From NCBI GenBank assembly GCA_035503815.1, contig DATJTF010000018.1, positions 51,583-115,582 of the forward strand: a stretch of 64,000 nucleotides of DNA. The letters are read 5' to 3'. Source of the DNA: Verrucomicrobiia bacterium. GTDB taxonomy: Bacteria > Acidobacteriota > Terriglobia > Acidiferrales > UBA7541. The notes under the pieces were generated by a model. The model did not search any database. It had not been told where the DNA came from and worked only from the letters and a program-made list of their open reading frames with translations. Numbering within the stretch: position 1 is the stretch's first letter; the number at the start of each line of letters is the position of its first letter. The position numbers and the translations under genes were made by a program. Below, piece after piece: positions 46,051-56,540 of this stretch.

Positions 46051-47709
46051 ATGACGATGTTTCTCGCGCTGGCCGCCCTCCTCGGCACCGCCAAATTCGC
46101 TGGCGAGCTGATGCAACGTTTCGATCAGCCCTCGGTCCTCGGCGAGATTCTCGCCGGCATCCTTCTCGGGCCCACAGTTCTCGGCCATTTTCGGCCGGAC
46201 ATTTATGCCGCCCTGTTTCCCTCGCAGGGGAATATCCCCATCGTTCTCGATACGGTCACCACTCTCGGCGTCGTCTTTTTCCTTTTGACGGCGGGTCTTG
46301 AAATTGACCTCCGCAGCATCTTTCGCCAGGGCAAAAGCGCTCTCCTCGTCAGCTTTCTTGGTGTCCTTATCCCCTTCACTTTCGGATTTGCCGGTGCCGC
46401 CGTTTTCCCGCAGTTTCTGGGGGCGCAGAGGGGCGCCGACCGGGTTATCTTCGCTCTCTTCGTCGGAACGGCTCTTTCCATCTCGGCCCTTCCCGTGATT
46501 GCGAAAATTCTGATGGACCTCAACCTCCTCCGCAGCGAGATGGGAACCGTGGTGATGTCTTCCGCCATGTTCGACGACCTTGTCGGCTGGATTCTCTTTT
46601 CCACCATCCTTGGCCTGATGCACGCGGGCGCTCAGGAGGGAAGTGCGGCGCGCACGATTCTGCTTGTCGCTTTTTTTGTTGTCCTGACGCTCACCGTCGT
46701 CCGCTGGCTGATCGACAAAATTGTTCCCTGGCTTCAGGCGCACACCAGTTGGCCGGGAGGTGTGCTCGGTTTCGTCTTTACTCTGACTTTGCTGGCAGCC
46801 GCCTTCGCGGAATTTGCAGGCATTCACGCGGTTTTCGGGGCATTCATTGTGGGAATTGCCGTCGGGGAATCAACACACCTGCGGAAGCGCACGTCGGAAC
46901 AGATTCATCAGATCGTTACAAATGTTTTCGCCCCGTTCTTTTTCGCCACGATCGGCCTGCGCACCAACTTCGTTACTCATTTCGATCTGCCCGTCACGGT
47001 TACTCTCATTGCCGTCGCGAGTTTCGGAAAGCTCGCCGGCGCCGGTTGGGGCGCCCGCCTCGGCGGAATGGACCGCCGGACCTCATTCGGCATCGGCCTG
47101 GCGATGAACGCGCGCGGCGCCATGGAGATGATTCTCGGGCTCCTTGCGCTCCAGGCCGGGCTGATCCGCGAGAACATGTTCGTTGCGCTTGTCGTAATGG
47201 CGCTGTTCACCTCGATCGTTTCCGCTCCCGCTCTCCGATTCTTGATTCAGCGTCACCGGGCGCTGCGCCTCAAGGATGTCGTCACCGGCAAGCTGTTCTT
47301 TCCGAATCTCGAGGCCTCGACCCGCAAGCAAGCACTCGAAATCATGTGCGCCGCCGCGGCTGAGGCAGTCAGCAACGCTCCAGAGCGGCTTCTCCGCCTG
47401 GCTCTCGAACGAGAGCGCGTCTCGCCAAGCGGTTGGCACGACTCGCTTGCCGTCCCACACGCGCGTATCGCGGGACTCGTTGGCCCTCTTGCAATCGTGG
47501 CCCGCTCGAAGGCCGGAATCGATTTCGATGCCCGTGACGGCAAGCCTGCCCGCCTCATCATTCTGATCCTTACGCCGGACAATCAATCTCAGCACGATCT
47601 CTTGCAGGATGTGGGTCAAATTTTCGAGGGGACCGCGGCCATCGATCAAGCCCTCGCGGCAAATTCTTTCCTCGAACTTGTGGCGGCTATCAACGCGCCG
47701 GTCAAATAG
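46051..47709 (+). CDS. CPA2-type cation:proton antiporter fused to a PTS EIIA(Ntr)-type domain
   Basis: Na_H_Exchanger-like membrane domain (..QPSVLGEILAGILLGP..). The C-terminal ~150 aa is collinear with PtsN (..RKQALEIMCAAAAE.., ..SLAVPHARIAG.., ..ARLIILILTPDNQSQHDLL..). ATG 46051 chosen; TTG 46024 is possible. Confidence 0.85.
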   Translation: MTMFLALAALLGTAKFAGELMQRFDQPSVLGEILAGILLGPTVLGHFRPDIYAALFPSQGNIPIVLDTVTTLGVVFFLLTAGLEIDLRSIFRQGKSALLVSFLGVLIPFTFGFAGAAVFPQFLGAQRGADRVIFALFVGTALSISALPVIAKILMDLNLLRSEMGTVVMSSAMFDDLVGWILFSTILGLMHAGAQEGSAARTILLVAFFVVLTLTVVRWLIDKIVPWLQAHTSWPGGVLGFVFTLTLLAAAFAEFAGIHAVFGAFIVGIAVGESTHLRKRTSEQIHQIVTNVFAPFFFATIGLRTNFVTHFDLPVTVTLIAVASFGKLAGAGWGARLGGMDRRTSFGIGLAMNARGAMEMILGLLALQAGLIRENMFVALVVMALFTSIVSAPALRFLIQRHRALRLKDVVTGKLFFPNLEASTRKQALEIMCAAAAEAVSNAPERLLRLALERERVSPSGWHDSLAVPHARIAGLVGPLAIVARSKAGIDFDARDGKPARLIILILTPDNQSQHDLLQDVGQIFEGTAAIDQALAANSFLELVAAINAPVK

Positions 47710-47850
47710 GCGCTTCTCGGCGGCTCCGGCTCGGGATTTTCTTCCTGCGTGTTGAGGATTCGCTTGCCCCTGCGTTTCACACGTACCCCTTCCGCTTGTA
47801 TCCGCCGAATCTCTGATTACGTCTAATGAAGTGAAAGAAGGATAGTTGCG

Positions 47851-48420
47851 ATGAAAAACAATTTCGCAAAGGGTTTTCTAACTTTGGCTTTTGCGGCGAT
47901 TGCCTTCGTGGGCGCGCCGGAGATGGCGAAAGCAGCTGCCCCCTTGCGCCCCTTCGCACAGCCCTCTCCGGATTACAACGCGGGTTGGCTCGAACAACAG
48001 GTCCGTCACAAGCTTTCGACGCTCCCCTGGTACTCGGTCTTCGACATCCTCCAATACCGGATTGACGGCGATACCGTAACCCTTTCCGGCAAGGTTGTGC
48101 TTCCCATCGTGAAGAGCGACGCTGTTGGTGCGGTGAAGTCGATCGAAGGCGTGCGGGTGGTGGACCGGATCCAACTCCTCCCTGTTTCTCCGTTTGATAC
48201 CCAGGTTCGACGGCAGGAATACCGTTCGATTTTCTCTTACCCGCCGTTGTCGCGGTATTCCATGGGCGTGAATCCGCAAATCCACATTATTGTGGACAAT
48301 GGGAATGTGACCTTAGTCGGCTCGGTTTCAAGTCAAGCCGACAAGGACGCCGCGGGCCTCCGCGCCAAACTTGTCCCGGATACTTTTAAAGTGACCAACG
48401 ACCTTACCGTCGAGGGCTGA
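47851..48420 (+). CDS. BON domain protein (two BON domains), secreted
   Basis: RBS AAGGA. Signal MKNNFAKGFLTLAFAAIAFVGAPEMAKA. Two BON-like units (..IDGDTVTLSGKV..VKSIEGV.. and ..VDNGNVTLVGSVSSQADKDAA..). Confidence 0.85.
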   Translation: MKNNFAKGFLTLAFAAIAFVGAPEMAKAAAPLRPFAQPSPDYNAGWLEQQVRHKLSTLPWYSVFDILQYRIDGDTVTLSGKVVLPIVKSDAVGAVKSIEGVRVVDRIQLLPVSPFDTQVRRQEYRSIFSYPPLSRYSMGVNPQIHIIVDNGNVTLVGSVSSQADKDAAGLRAKLVPDTFKVTNDLTVEG

Positions 48421-48445
48421 TCGCTGAGTGCGCGTCAACACCGGG

Positions 48446-49954
48446 TCATCGTCCGGATGCCGCGCTCCCCGCGGCGTTCGGGCCCTTTTCCCCGGCTTCG
48501 AACTGCGTCCAGGGTCCGGCCTTCATGTCCTCCAGCACAGACGCCTCCCAGGAATATTCCGGATGCAGTTCCAGAAATTTCGCGGCGTTGAAATCCATCC
48601 CGCAAGGATGCCCGATTCGCGCAATGAAAGTCATCTTCGCGGCCATGGCGCTGTCCACCACTTTACCCTGCACGGCTCCATGGGGCTTGTAGGCCGGGGA
48701 ATCCCATTCGGGATGCGCTTCCGGGTCCACGTCTCCATGCCCGCAGAGGGTTCGCAGGTCCGGTCCCTCTTTTTTCGTGTAGGCGTCGTAATGGTCGGAG
48801 AGAAATCCTTCGACCATAGCCGGATCGATCTTCCCCTTGTTCGCGCTCACCAGTTGTTCCCATCGGACGTGCCGCGCGTTGGGTGAGCTCGCCGCATTGT
48901 TGAGGTCAAATGTCGTTTCGTCCCGAATTACGTCGGGATCGCTGGGGAAATTCGAACCCACAAAATACCCGTCCTTCGTTTTCCATACTCGCGAATGCTT
49001 CAGCCCGTTTTCAAATCGCGCGATTTCTCCCGTCTTGCGATCCCCCAGCAGCCAATCGTTCGCGTACCCTCCATTGTTGCCGTCTAGCATGATCTTCACG
49101 AAGGAGTCGATCGAATCGGCGTACTGCATCGCTTTCCGCGCGCGAACGAATTCAGGCTTGCCGTTCGGGTCCCATCCGTGAAAATTTGAAATCGTCGTTT
49201 CGGTGACCATCAGGCCCCCGGAATTGATCGTGAAGTCGTCGTCGCTTACGATGACTCCGGGAAAGCCGTCCATCAGCATCCGGTAGCCGTGCTGCGGCAC
49301 GATGTCGAAGATGATTTTCCATCGCGCCCCTTCCAGATAGCTCGTCCAGTTGTTGTGCCCCATCACGATTTGCCCGTCTTTCGTCCAGCTTCCTGTCGCG
49401 ACGATCGCGCTGCACCGCTCCGGAACGTGTGCCGGTGCTGACGCCAGCTTCGTCTGTTCATCGAGCCACGGCACGTAATAATCCGGCAACTCCGAGAAGG
49501 CGTTCATAGCCACGATGTCGTAAATATCCAATCGCCCTTTGCGCGCCGCCAATCCATCCACAATCCCTTGCAACTCTGCCTGATATTCGGGGTCGATTTT
49601 CGGCCACAGCATGGTGCGCGCCGCGCGGCGGTAGAATTCCCAGTCCTTTCCGCTTTCGTGCGTCATCTCCAGCCGCAGCGCCACGAAAGCGTCCGAAATT
49701 TCCCGGGCAAGCAGCCATCCGTGCTGGTAGCCGATGTCATGAGGCGACCCTTCCAGGTGGACATAGATCCAGCCGCCTTTATCGAAACGATATGCCTTGG
49801 CCAGCACCGCTTCATCTCCACCGGACTGGGCTGGCGTCGCCGCCGTGCTCGCCCGCGCGCCTTCGGCTCGGCCCGAGAAAATCACAGGCGTCATCGTCAC
49901 CAACAAACTTACTGCCAGCAGCCAATAGGCGAAATGGTTGCGCTCGGGGCTCAT
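48446..49954 (-). CDS. secreted Ntn-hydrolase, C45 peptidase / phospholipase B-like family
   Basis: Start trimmed to ATG 49954 (GGAGAG 6 nt upstream), followed by a signal. ..GSPHDIGYQHGWLL.., putative nucleophile ..ERCSAIVATGS.., ..GHNNW... Family call is from memory and only moderately certain. Confidence 0.65.
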   Translation of the reverse strand: MSPERNHFAYWLLAVSLLVTMTPVIFSGRAEGARASTAATPAQSGGDEAVLAKAYRFDKGGWIYVHLEGSPHDIGYQHGWLLAREISDAFVALRLEMTHESGKDWEFYRRAARTMLWPKIDPEYQAELQGIVDGLAARKGRLDIYDIVAMNAFSELPDYYVPWLDEQTKLASAPAHVPERCSAIVATGSWTKDGQIVMGHNNWTSYLEGARWKIIFDIVPQHGYRMLMDGFPGVIVSDDDFTINSGGLMVTETTISNFHGWDPNGKPEFVRARKAMQYADSIDSFVKIMLDGNNGGYANDWLLGDRKTGEIARFENGLKHSRVWKTKDGYFVGSNFPSDPDVIRDETTFDLNNAASSPNARHVRWEQLVSANKGKIDPAMVEGFLSDHYDAYTKKEGPDLRTLCGHGDVDPEAHPEWDSPAYKPHGAVQGKVVDSAMAAKMTFIARIGHPCGMDFNAAKFLELHPEYSWEASVLEDMKAGPWTQFEAGEKGPNAAGSAASGR

Positions 49955-50087
49955 CCGCGGCTCTCCTGTGATTTCCAGACTTATATCGCCCGCGATGTTA
50001 GGCGGAGGCCACTCCCCTGTCAACGCAAGCGCTTTCGTTGGGTGCCGCTCGCCCCGGCCGCGCCGGTAAAGTGGTTTCGTTGACACT

Positions 50088-51782
50088 GTGCGAAACGCCT
50101 TTATAATCAGTTCTTCTGGAGGTTTCCTCGTTTTGTTTCTGTTCGCCAATCTAATCGTATGGCTTCAGCCGGGCGCCAATCCTCTTACGGAATATTGGCG
50201 CCGCAACATGGACCCGAGTCTCAATCCATTCAAGGGTCTTTACCAGTTGAATTCGTTCGACATCGCCATCATGGCTCCCTATTTCATCGTTCTAGTCATC
50301 CTCGCGGCCTACGGCATCCATCGCTACACCTTGGTCTATAATTTTTTCCGGCATCGCAAAAATGCCGCCGGCCCTCCGCCCGCCCTTGCGGCATGGCCGC
50401 GGGTTACCGTCCAGCTTCCTATCTACAACGAGCGCTACGTTATCGAGCGTCTGGTTGACGCCGTCGCCCAATTCGACTATCCGCGCGACTTGATCGAAAT
50501 TCAGGTCCTCGACGATTCGACGGACGAAACCCAGTCCATCGCCCGCGATTGCGTCGAGCGCCACCAGGCTCTCGGGGTTCCGATTTCCTACATTCACCGC
50601 GATAATCGCGAGGGTTTCAAGGCGGGCGCCCTGCAGGAAGGGCTGCGGACCGCCACGGGCGAGCTTGTCGCCATCTTCGACGCCGATTTCATCCCTCCGC
50701 CTGATTTCCTTCGCCGCACCGTCCCCTATTTCGCGAACGGCAAAATTGCCATGGTGCAGACGCGGTGGAGCTACATCAATCGCGGCTACTCCGCCCTCAC
50801 GGAAGTGGAAGCGATCCTCCTCGACGGCCACTTCGCCATCGAACACTCCTCGCGCTATCGCACCGGACTGTTCTTCAATTTCAACGGCACAGCCGGCGTC
50901 TGGCGCCGGGAAGCCATCAACGACGCCGGAGGCTGGCAGCACGACACCCTCACCGAAGACACCGACCTTTCCTATCGCGCCCAGCTTCGCGGCTGGAAAT
51001 TTCTCTACCTTCCGGAAATCGACTGCCCCTCCGAGCTTCCCGTGGAGATGAACGCCTTCAAATCGCAGCAAGCGCGTTGGGCAAAGGGCCTCATGCAAAC
51101 GGCGAAGAAAATTCTTCCCCGCGTCCTCCGCGCCGATGTCCCGGCCCCCGTCAAAGCCGAAGCTTTTTTCCACCTGACCGCCAACATCAGCTACCCCCTC
51201 ATGGTCTTTTTCTCCATCATTCTTCTTCCCGCCATGATGGTGCGTTTCTATCAAGGCTGGTTCCAGGTGCTCACCATTGACCTTCCGCTCTTCCTCGCCT
51301 CCACGTGCTCGGTCTCCTCTTTCTATCTGGCCGCCGAGCGCGCTCTTTATCCAAAAACCTGGAAACGCACTTTCCTTTATCTTCCCTTCGTCATGGCCGT
51401 CGGCATCGGCTTGTCCGTCCGAAACGCGATCGCCGTGCTCGAGGCGCTGGTCGGCGTCAAATCGGAATTCGTCCGCACTCCAAAATATCGCGTCGAAGGC
51501 AAATCCAAAAATCAAGCCACATGGGCCAAGCGCAAGAGCTACCGCAAGGGGGCCGGTTGGATGCCGTTCGCGGAAGTTGTTCTCGGCGTCTATTTCGCGC
51601 TCGCCGTTGTCTATGCCATCCAGATGCAGAACTACGCCACGATTCCGTTCCTCCTCTTGTTCGTTTGGGGTTATCTCTACACCGGATTGATGTCCCTCGC
51701 CCAGGTCTACCTCGAACGCCTCCGGTTCGGCGTCGAAGCCGGAGAAGTCCGACCCGCTTCCACAGGCGTGCCCGGCTTTTAA
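50088..51782 (+). CDS. processive-type family 2 glycosyltransferase (cellulose synthase/NodC-like membrane GT2)
   Basis: ..VQLPIYNERYV.., ..VLDDSTDET.., ..FDADF.., ..TEDTDLSY.., QQARWAKG (QxxRW), with N- and C-terminal TM helices. Start uncertain: GTG 50088 or ATG 50208. Confidence 0.85.
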   Translation: MRNAFIISSSGGFLVLFLFANLIVWLQPGANPLTEYWRRNMDPSLNPFKGLYQLNSFDIAIMAPYFIVLVILAAYGIHRYTLVYNFFRHRKNAAGPPPALAAWPRVTVQLPIYNERYVIERLVDAVAQFDYPRDLIEIQVLDDSTDETQSIARDCVERHQALGVPISYIHRDNREGFKAGALQEGLRTATGELVAIFDADFIPPPDFLRRTVPYFANGKIAMVQTRWSYINRGYSALTEVEAILLDGHFAIEHSSRYRTGLFFNFNGTAGVWRREAINDAGGWQHDTLTEDTDLSYRAQLRGWKFLYLPEIDCPSELPVEMNAFKSQQARWAKGLMQTAKKILPRVLRADVPAPVKAEAFFHLTANISYPLMVFFSIILLPAMMVRFYQGWFQVLTIDLPLFLASTCSVSSFYLAAERALYPKTWKRTFLYLPFVMAVGIGLSVRNAIAVLEALVGVKSEFVRTPKYRVEGKSKNQATWAKRKSYRKGAGWMPFAEVVLGVYFALAVVYAIQMQNYATIPFLLLFVWGYLYTGLMSLAQVYLERLRFGVEAGEVRPASTGVPGF

Positions 51783-51878
51783 TTTTCACCGCTTTCCGGC
51801 CTCCGTCGTGTCCCCGCCGCTTTTTCCTGCTGGTATCATCTTTGGGAACCGCGCCCGCATTTCCCTAGTCGCGATCGC

Positions 51879-52541
51879 ATGAACGAAGACTCGATGAAGC
51901 CAGTCCGGGAAAGCTACGACCGCATCGCGGACGAGTATGCTCGCCGCATTTTCAACGAGCTTCAGCAAAAGCCCTTCGACTGCGAGCAGCTCGATCATTT
52001 TGCCGCCCGGCTCGCCGGCTGTGGGACCATCTGCGACATGGGCTGCGGGCCCGGCCACGTCGCGCGCTATCTGCGTGAGGCGGGCGCCACAGTCTTCGGA
52101 CTGGATCTCTCGCCCCGCATGGTGGATTTGGCCCGTCAGCTGAATCCCGGCATTTCGTTTCGCGAGGGGAGCATGTTGGCACTCGATCTCCCAAACGCCT
52201 CCCTCGCCGGAATCACCGCCTTCTACGCCATTGTCAACATTCGGAGAGAATTCCTCCCACAGGTTTTTCGGGAAATGGAAAGAGTCCTGCAACCGGGGGG
52301 ACTGCTCCTGCTCGCTTTTCACGTCGGTGACGATGACCGGCGCGAGGTCGAGTTGTGGGGTCACCCGATATCGATGGATTTCTTTCTTCTGCAGCCTGAA
52401 ATGATCCGGCAGCTTTTGGAAGCCGCCGGCTTCGAAGTCGAGCACCTGGTCGAGCGCGAACCTTACGCCCCGGAAGTCGAATATCAAAGCCGCCGGGCTT
52501 ACATCCTGGCCCGTAAACCCGGCCCCGGTTCCCCTCGCTGA
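51879..52541 (+). CDS. class I SAM-dependent methyltransferase
   Basis: Motif I ICDMGCGPGHVARYL, followed by ..GLDLSPRMV.. and ..VLQPGGLLLLAF... Confidence 0.85.
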   Translation: MNEDSMKPVRESYDRIADEYARRIFNELQQKPFDCEQLDHFAARLAGCGTICDMGCGPGHVARYLREAGATVFGLDLSPRMVDLARQLNPGISFREGSMLALDLPNASLAGITAFYAIVNIRREFLPQVFREMERVLQPGGLLLLAFHVGDDDRREVELWGHPISMDFFLLQPEMIRQLLEAAGFEVEHLVEREPYAPEVEYQSRRAYILARKPGPGSPR

Positions 52542-52581
52542 AAGCATCGCCGCGGCTGACTTCTCTCCAATACCCGTGCCT

Positions 52582-53079
52582 TCACAGCTTCTTTGACATC
52601 ACAATGCTTTTGCACTCGACCCCCTTCTTCAAAGGCCGCGAAGGAAAAAATTCTTCGTGTCGCGTCTCGGCGTAACCAAGCTTCTGATAAAAAGGGAGCA
52701 ATTCCGGCCGCAACGTCAGCACGCTGATGTCCATCCATTGGCAGCCCCGCTCGCGGCAATAGTGTTCGGCAAATTCGATCATCAGACGTCCCAGTCCATT
52801 TCCTTGCTCCCGCGGATCGACAGCCAGCATTCCAAAATATCCTCGCTCTCCCCGCAGCTCCGCAAAAATGCAGGCCACAATCCGGCCGTCCGGAACATTC
52901 GCGACGAAGAATTTCCCTTTGCGGGTCATCTCCGCAAATCGCCCTTCGTCCGTCCGCGTCCCGTCGATAAAATCCTCGACCGCAAACGCTTCGTTTACCA
53001 CTTGAATGATCCGGCCGGTGTCCTCCGCCTTCGCTCCCCGGATTCGCGCTCCTGCCCTCGCGTTTGTCCGCTCGATCAT
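52582..53079 (-). CDS. GNAT family N-acetyltransferase
   Basis: 165 aa. Acetyl-CoA motif ..LAVDPREQGNGLGRLMIEFAE... Confidence 0.85.
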   Translation of the reverse strand: MIERTNARAGARIRGAKAEDTGRIIQVVNEAFAVEDFIDGTRTDEGRFAEMTRKGKFFVANVPDGRIVACIFAELRGERGYFGMLAVDPREQGNGLGRLMIEFAEHYCRERGCQWMDISVLTLRPELLPFYQKLGYAETRHEEFFPSRPLKKGVECKSIVMSKKL

Positions 53080-53251
53080 TTTCTTATCGGACTCCGTCTC
53101 GTCGGTTTGACCCCGTGCTGTTCCGCTGGCTATAATTGCATGTTCTGCTCGCCGCTACATTCGCGCCGGGCGTGTCAGCCGCGTAATTCCGCGGCCCCAG
53201 GCTGTCGAGTCATCCAGCCGAAAATTCCAGCAGAGACTTCAGGAGCATCCG

Positions 53252-53818
53252 ATGAGCACGCTTAAAGCAACCCTTCTGCGCGGGGGGATGATCATCAAGC
53301 ACGAAGGCGACTTATTCCTCGTCTATAGCGTTGACCACCGCACTCCCGGCAACAAGCGCGCCGCCATGCAAACCAAAATGCGCAACCTCCGCACCGGCTC
53401 GATGATCGACTACCGCTTCCGCGCCGAGGAATTCGTCGACAAAGTCACTGTGGACGAGGTCGAATTCGAATACCTCTATTCCGATGGCGACGGGCACCAC
53501 TTCATGAACACCGAGAATTACGAACAGCTCGCCCTGCAAAACGATATCGTCGGCGACGCCAAGGACTACCTCACCCCGAATCTCCCGGTGAAGATCGAAT
53601 ATTACGACGATAAACCTATCGGTGTTCTTCTCCCCGACACGGTCGATCTCAAGGTGATCGAAACCGAACCCAGCATCCAGAAGGCGACGGCCAGCGCCGT
53701 GATGAAGCCCGCCAAGCTTGAAACTGGGCTTGTTGTCAATGTTCCCCCGTTCGTCGGCGAAGGCGACATGATCCGCGTGGACACTTCCGAAGGGCGTTAC
53801 ATGCAGCGAGTGCAGTGA
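53252..53818 (+). CDS. efp: elongation factor P
   Basis: 188 aa. ..GMIIKHEGDLFLV..HRTPGNKRAAMQTKMRNLRTG.., ..KPAKLETGLVVNVPPFV... Confidence 0.97.
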   Translation: MSTLKATLLRGGMIIKHEGDLFLVYSVDHRTPGNKRAAMQTKMRNLRTGSMIDYRFRAEEFVDKVTVDEVEFEYLYSDGDGHHFMNTENYEQLALQNDIVGDAKDYLTPNLPVKIEYYDDKPIGVLLPDTVDLKVIETEPSIQKATASAVMKPAKLETGLVVNVPPFVGEGDMIRVDTSEGRYMQRVQ

Positions 53819-53819
53819 C

Positions 53820-53848
53820 GATCCGCTTCTTTCGCCCCCCGGCGGATC
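53820..53848. terminator. 7-bp inverted repeat between convergent efp and permease genes (weak terminator candidate)
   Basis: GATCCGC (53820-26) .. 15 nt .. GCGGATC (53842-48). No clear U-tract on either strand. Confidence 0.2.
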
Positions 53849-53893
53849 TTGCGGAGCCCTCCGAATTGCCATACCTGAATCTGGCCCCGCGTT

Positions 53894-56359
53894 TTATTCG
53901 TATCGCAGAGCCACCATCGGATCCACCCGGCTCGCCCGCCGCGCTGGAACATACGTCGCCAGCCAAGTGACCCCGCTCAGTATCGCCGCCATGCCGATGA
54001 TAGTCGCGGGATCCCAGGGCTTCACTCCGTACAGCAGGCTGCTCATCAGCCGCGTCAGCGCCAGCGCCGCAGCCACTCCGAAAATCACCCCCACGGCCGC
54101 CAGCCGCATTCCCTGGCTTACTACCATCGAGCGGACCTTTTGCGGGCTTGCGCCCAGCGCCATGCGGATTCCGATCTCTTGCGTTCTCTGCTGCACCGAA
54201 TAGGCCATCAATCCGTAGACGCCGATTGCCGCCAGCACCAGGGCGATCCCGGCAAAGATCGTCAGCAGGGTCATGTTGAAATTGTTCTGGTCCAAGGATT
54301 CACCCTCCACCTGCGCCATGCTGCGAATGTGCGCCACGGGCAATCCTCCGCTCGCCTCGCGCAGTTGGGTCTGGATTTCAGAACTCAGCGAGAACGGCGG
54401 CACCTTGGTTCGCACCGCCCACGTCATCGGAGTGATTCGGTTGTTCAGCGCGATGATTCCGTCATTTACTTGCGCAATCGGAATGTACATGATCTCGTCG
54501 GCCGGCTGCCCGAGTCCGCTCTGATGTACATTCCCCGCGATCCCGATGATTTCCCGCGGCGGCTCCTCAAACTCCGGCCCCACTCCCTTCCCGATAGTAA
54601 TCTGCGCGCCGAGCGCATCTCCTTTCGGCCAATATTTCTTGGCCATCGCTTCATTGATGATCACTACGCGGCTCCCTGCGGCACTGTCCTCATCCGAGAA
54701 AGACCGTCCCCTCAGCATCGGAATGCGAAAGACGTCAAAATAGCGCGGTGAAACGAGCAGGTAATCGGAATCGCCGTTGTAAGGGCTGTCCTTCGGCGGA
54801 TTTCCCAAAATCGTAAACGGCAGATCGAATCCGCCTTCGAGCGGCAGGCAGCAAGTCATCGCCGCCGTTTCCACTCCGGGCAGGCTTTCAAGTCTTTGCC
54901 GCCCTTCACGCTCCAATTGGTCCACTCCCGCCGCCTTGTCGAATCTCTCCCCATTCAACGACATTTCCATCGTCAAGATGTCGCGGACGTCGAATCCCGG
55001 CGACACACCCTCGAGCGCCGCGAACGTCCGGATTAACAAAGCCGCGCCGGCCAGAAGCACCAGCGCCAGAGCGATCTCAGTCACCACCAACGACGAGCGC
55101 GCCTTGTTGTGCCGCAGGCTCGTCCCGGCGCGTGAACCGCTCTCCCGCAGCGTCACGCTCAGGTCCGACCGCGAGGCGCCGAACGCCGGAATCAGCCCAA
55201 ACACGATCCCTGTTAACACTGAAATCACGAGAGTAAACGCCAGCACACTTCCGTCGAGCGCGACGTGGGACCCGGTCTCGCCAATTCGCGGAATTCCGCC
55301 CGCATTCATTGCCAGCAAGGTGCGGACCCCCGCATATCCCAACACAAGCCCCAGGACTCCGCCGGCAAGCGAAATCAACACGCTCTCGGTCAGCAATTGC
55401 AGGATGATTCGCCGGCGTCCCGCGCCCAGCGCCGCCCGGATCGCGATTTCGCGCTTGCGGATCGTGGCCCGTGCCAGCAGCAGATTTGCGACGTTGGCGC
55501 ATGCGATTAGCAGCACGAATCCCACTGCCCCAAACAGCAACAGCAATCCTTTGCGTACATCCCCGATCACGCTGTCCCGGTACGCCACCGCTGTAAAGGT
55601 GTCCTTCGGGCCCATAATCGGGAGGTTGGGAAATTTCCGTCGGAATTCGTCCGCAGCCAAACGCATCGCCGCCTGTGCCTGCGCCAGCGTGACTCCCGGC
55701 TTCAACCGGGCCGTTGCCCGCAAGTAATGCCCCTGATCCGTGCTGTTCGGATCCGCTCGTAGCGGGATCCAGACGTCGATTGGCGACTCCGTCCTGAACG
55801 CGCCACCCAGGACTCCGATCACCGTGAACGGCGCTCCTCCGAGTTCAATCGACCTCCCAATGATCCCCGGATCCCCGCCGTAGCGGCTGTGCCACAACCC
55901 GTTGCTGATCACCACGACGTTTGGCCCGCCCGGCCGGTCCTCGTCGCGCGTGTACGTTCGCCCGATCGCCAGCGGCGCTCCGAATACGCGGAAGTAATCC
56001 GCCGAAGCATGAATCCCTTTCACTTGTTCCGGGCGGTCTCCTCCGGTTAGATTGATCCCCGGGCCGGAAAAATCGTAGGCCGCGACGGAATCAAACACCT
56101 GCGTCTGTTCGCGCCAAACAATGAATTTGGGTATCGAGGTGGTGTCCCCGTTCCCTTGCGGAGAACTCAGCTCCAGCTCCACGAGTCGCTCCGGATGCGG
56201 ATAGTTCATGGGCTGCAGCAGGACCGTATTGACCACGGAAAATATGGCGGTGTTTGCTCCGATCCCGAGCGCCATCGTCAGCACAGCCACGGCAGCAAAT
56301 CCCGGGCTTCTCATCAGCAACCGGACCGCGTAACGCACGTCCTGCCACAGCGTCTCCAT
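53894..56359 (-). CDS. ADOP family duplicated permease (MacB-like periplasmic core plus 2 x FtsX)
   Basis: 821 aa. Characteristic N-terminus METLWQDVRYAVRLLMRSPGFAAVAVLTMALGIGANTAIFSVVNTVLL and two FtsX-type 4-TM halves. No adjacent ABC ATPase, as is typical for this Acidobacterial family. Confidence 0.9.
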   Translation of the reverse strand: METLWQDVRYAVRLLMRSPGFAAVAVLTMALGIGANTAIFSVVNTVLLQPMNYPHPERLVELELSSPQGNGDTTSIPKFIVWREQTQVFDSVAAYDFSGPGINLTGGDRPEQVKGIHASADYFRVFGAPLAIGRTYTRDEDRPGGPNVVVISNGLWHSRYGGDPGIIGRSIELGGAPFTVIGVLGGAFRTESPIDVWIPLRADPNSTDQGHYLRATARLKPGVTLAQAQAAMRLAADEFRRKFPNLPIMGPKDTFTAVAYRDSVIGDVRKGLLLLFGAVGFVLLIACANVANLLLARATIRKREIAIRAALGAGRRRIILQLLTESVLISLAGGVLGLVLGYAGVRTLLAMNAGGIPRIGETGSHVALDGSVLAFTLVISVLTGIVFGLIPAFGASRSDLSVTLRESGSRAGTSLRHNKARSSLVVTEIALALVLLAGAALLIRTFAALEGVSPGFDVRDILTMEMSLNGERFDKAAGVDQLEREGRQRLESLPGVETAAMTCCLPLEGGFDLPFTILGNPPKDSPYNGDSDYLLVSPRYFDVFRIPMLRGRSFSDEDSAAGSRVVIINEAMAKKYWPKGDALGAQITIGKGVGPEFEEPPREIIGIAGNVHQSGLGQPADEIMYIPIAQVNDGIIALNNRITPMTWAVRTKVPPFSLSSEIQTQLREASGGLPVAHIRSMAQVEGESLDQNNFNMTLLTIFAGIALVLAAIGVYGLMAYSVQQRTQEIGIRMALGASPQKVRSMVVSQGMRLAAVGVIFGVAAALALTRLMSSLLYGVKPWDPATIIGMAAILSGVTWLATYVPARRASRVDPMVALRYE

Positions 56360-56540
56360 GGTCTCTCCTTCCTATTGCATCCCCGCTCCGAGGTGAATCT
56401 ACAACTCGTCTACGGACGAAACTCTAAGGAAGTTCCCTGGTTAGACTCCCTCCGGGGCCTTTCAGCTTTTCCGGTTTTGCCCTTGGCGGGTGCTCGTTTG
56501 AATTCATTGACGCGGAATGTTAGGTTGAATTTGGCCCCGA

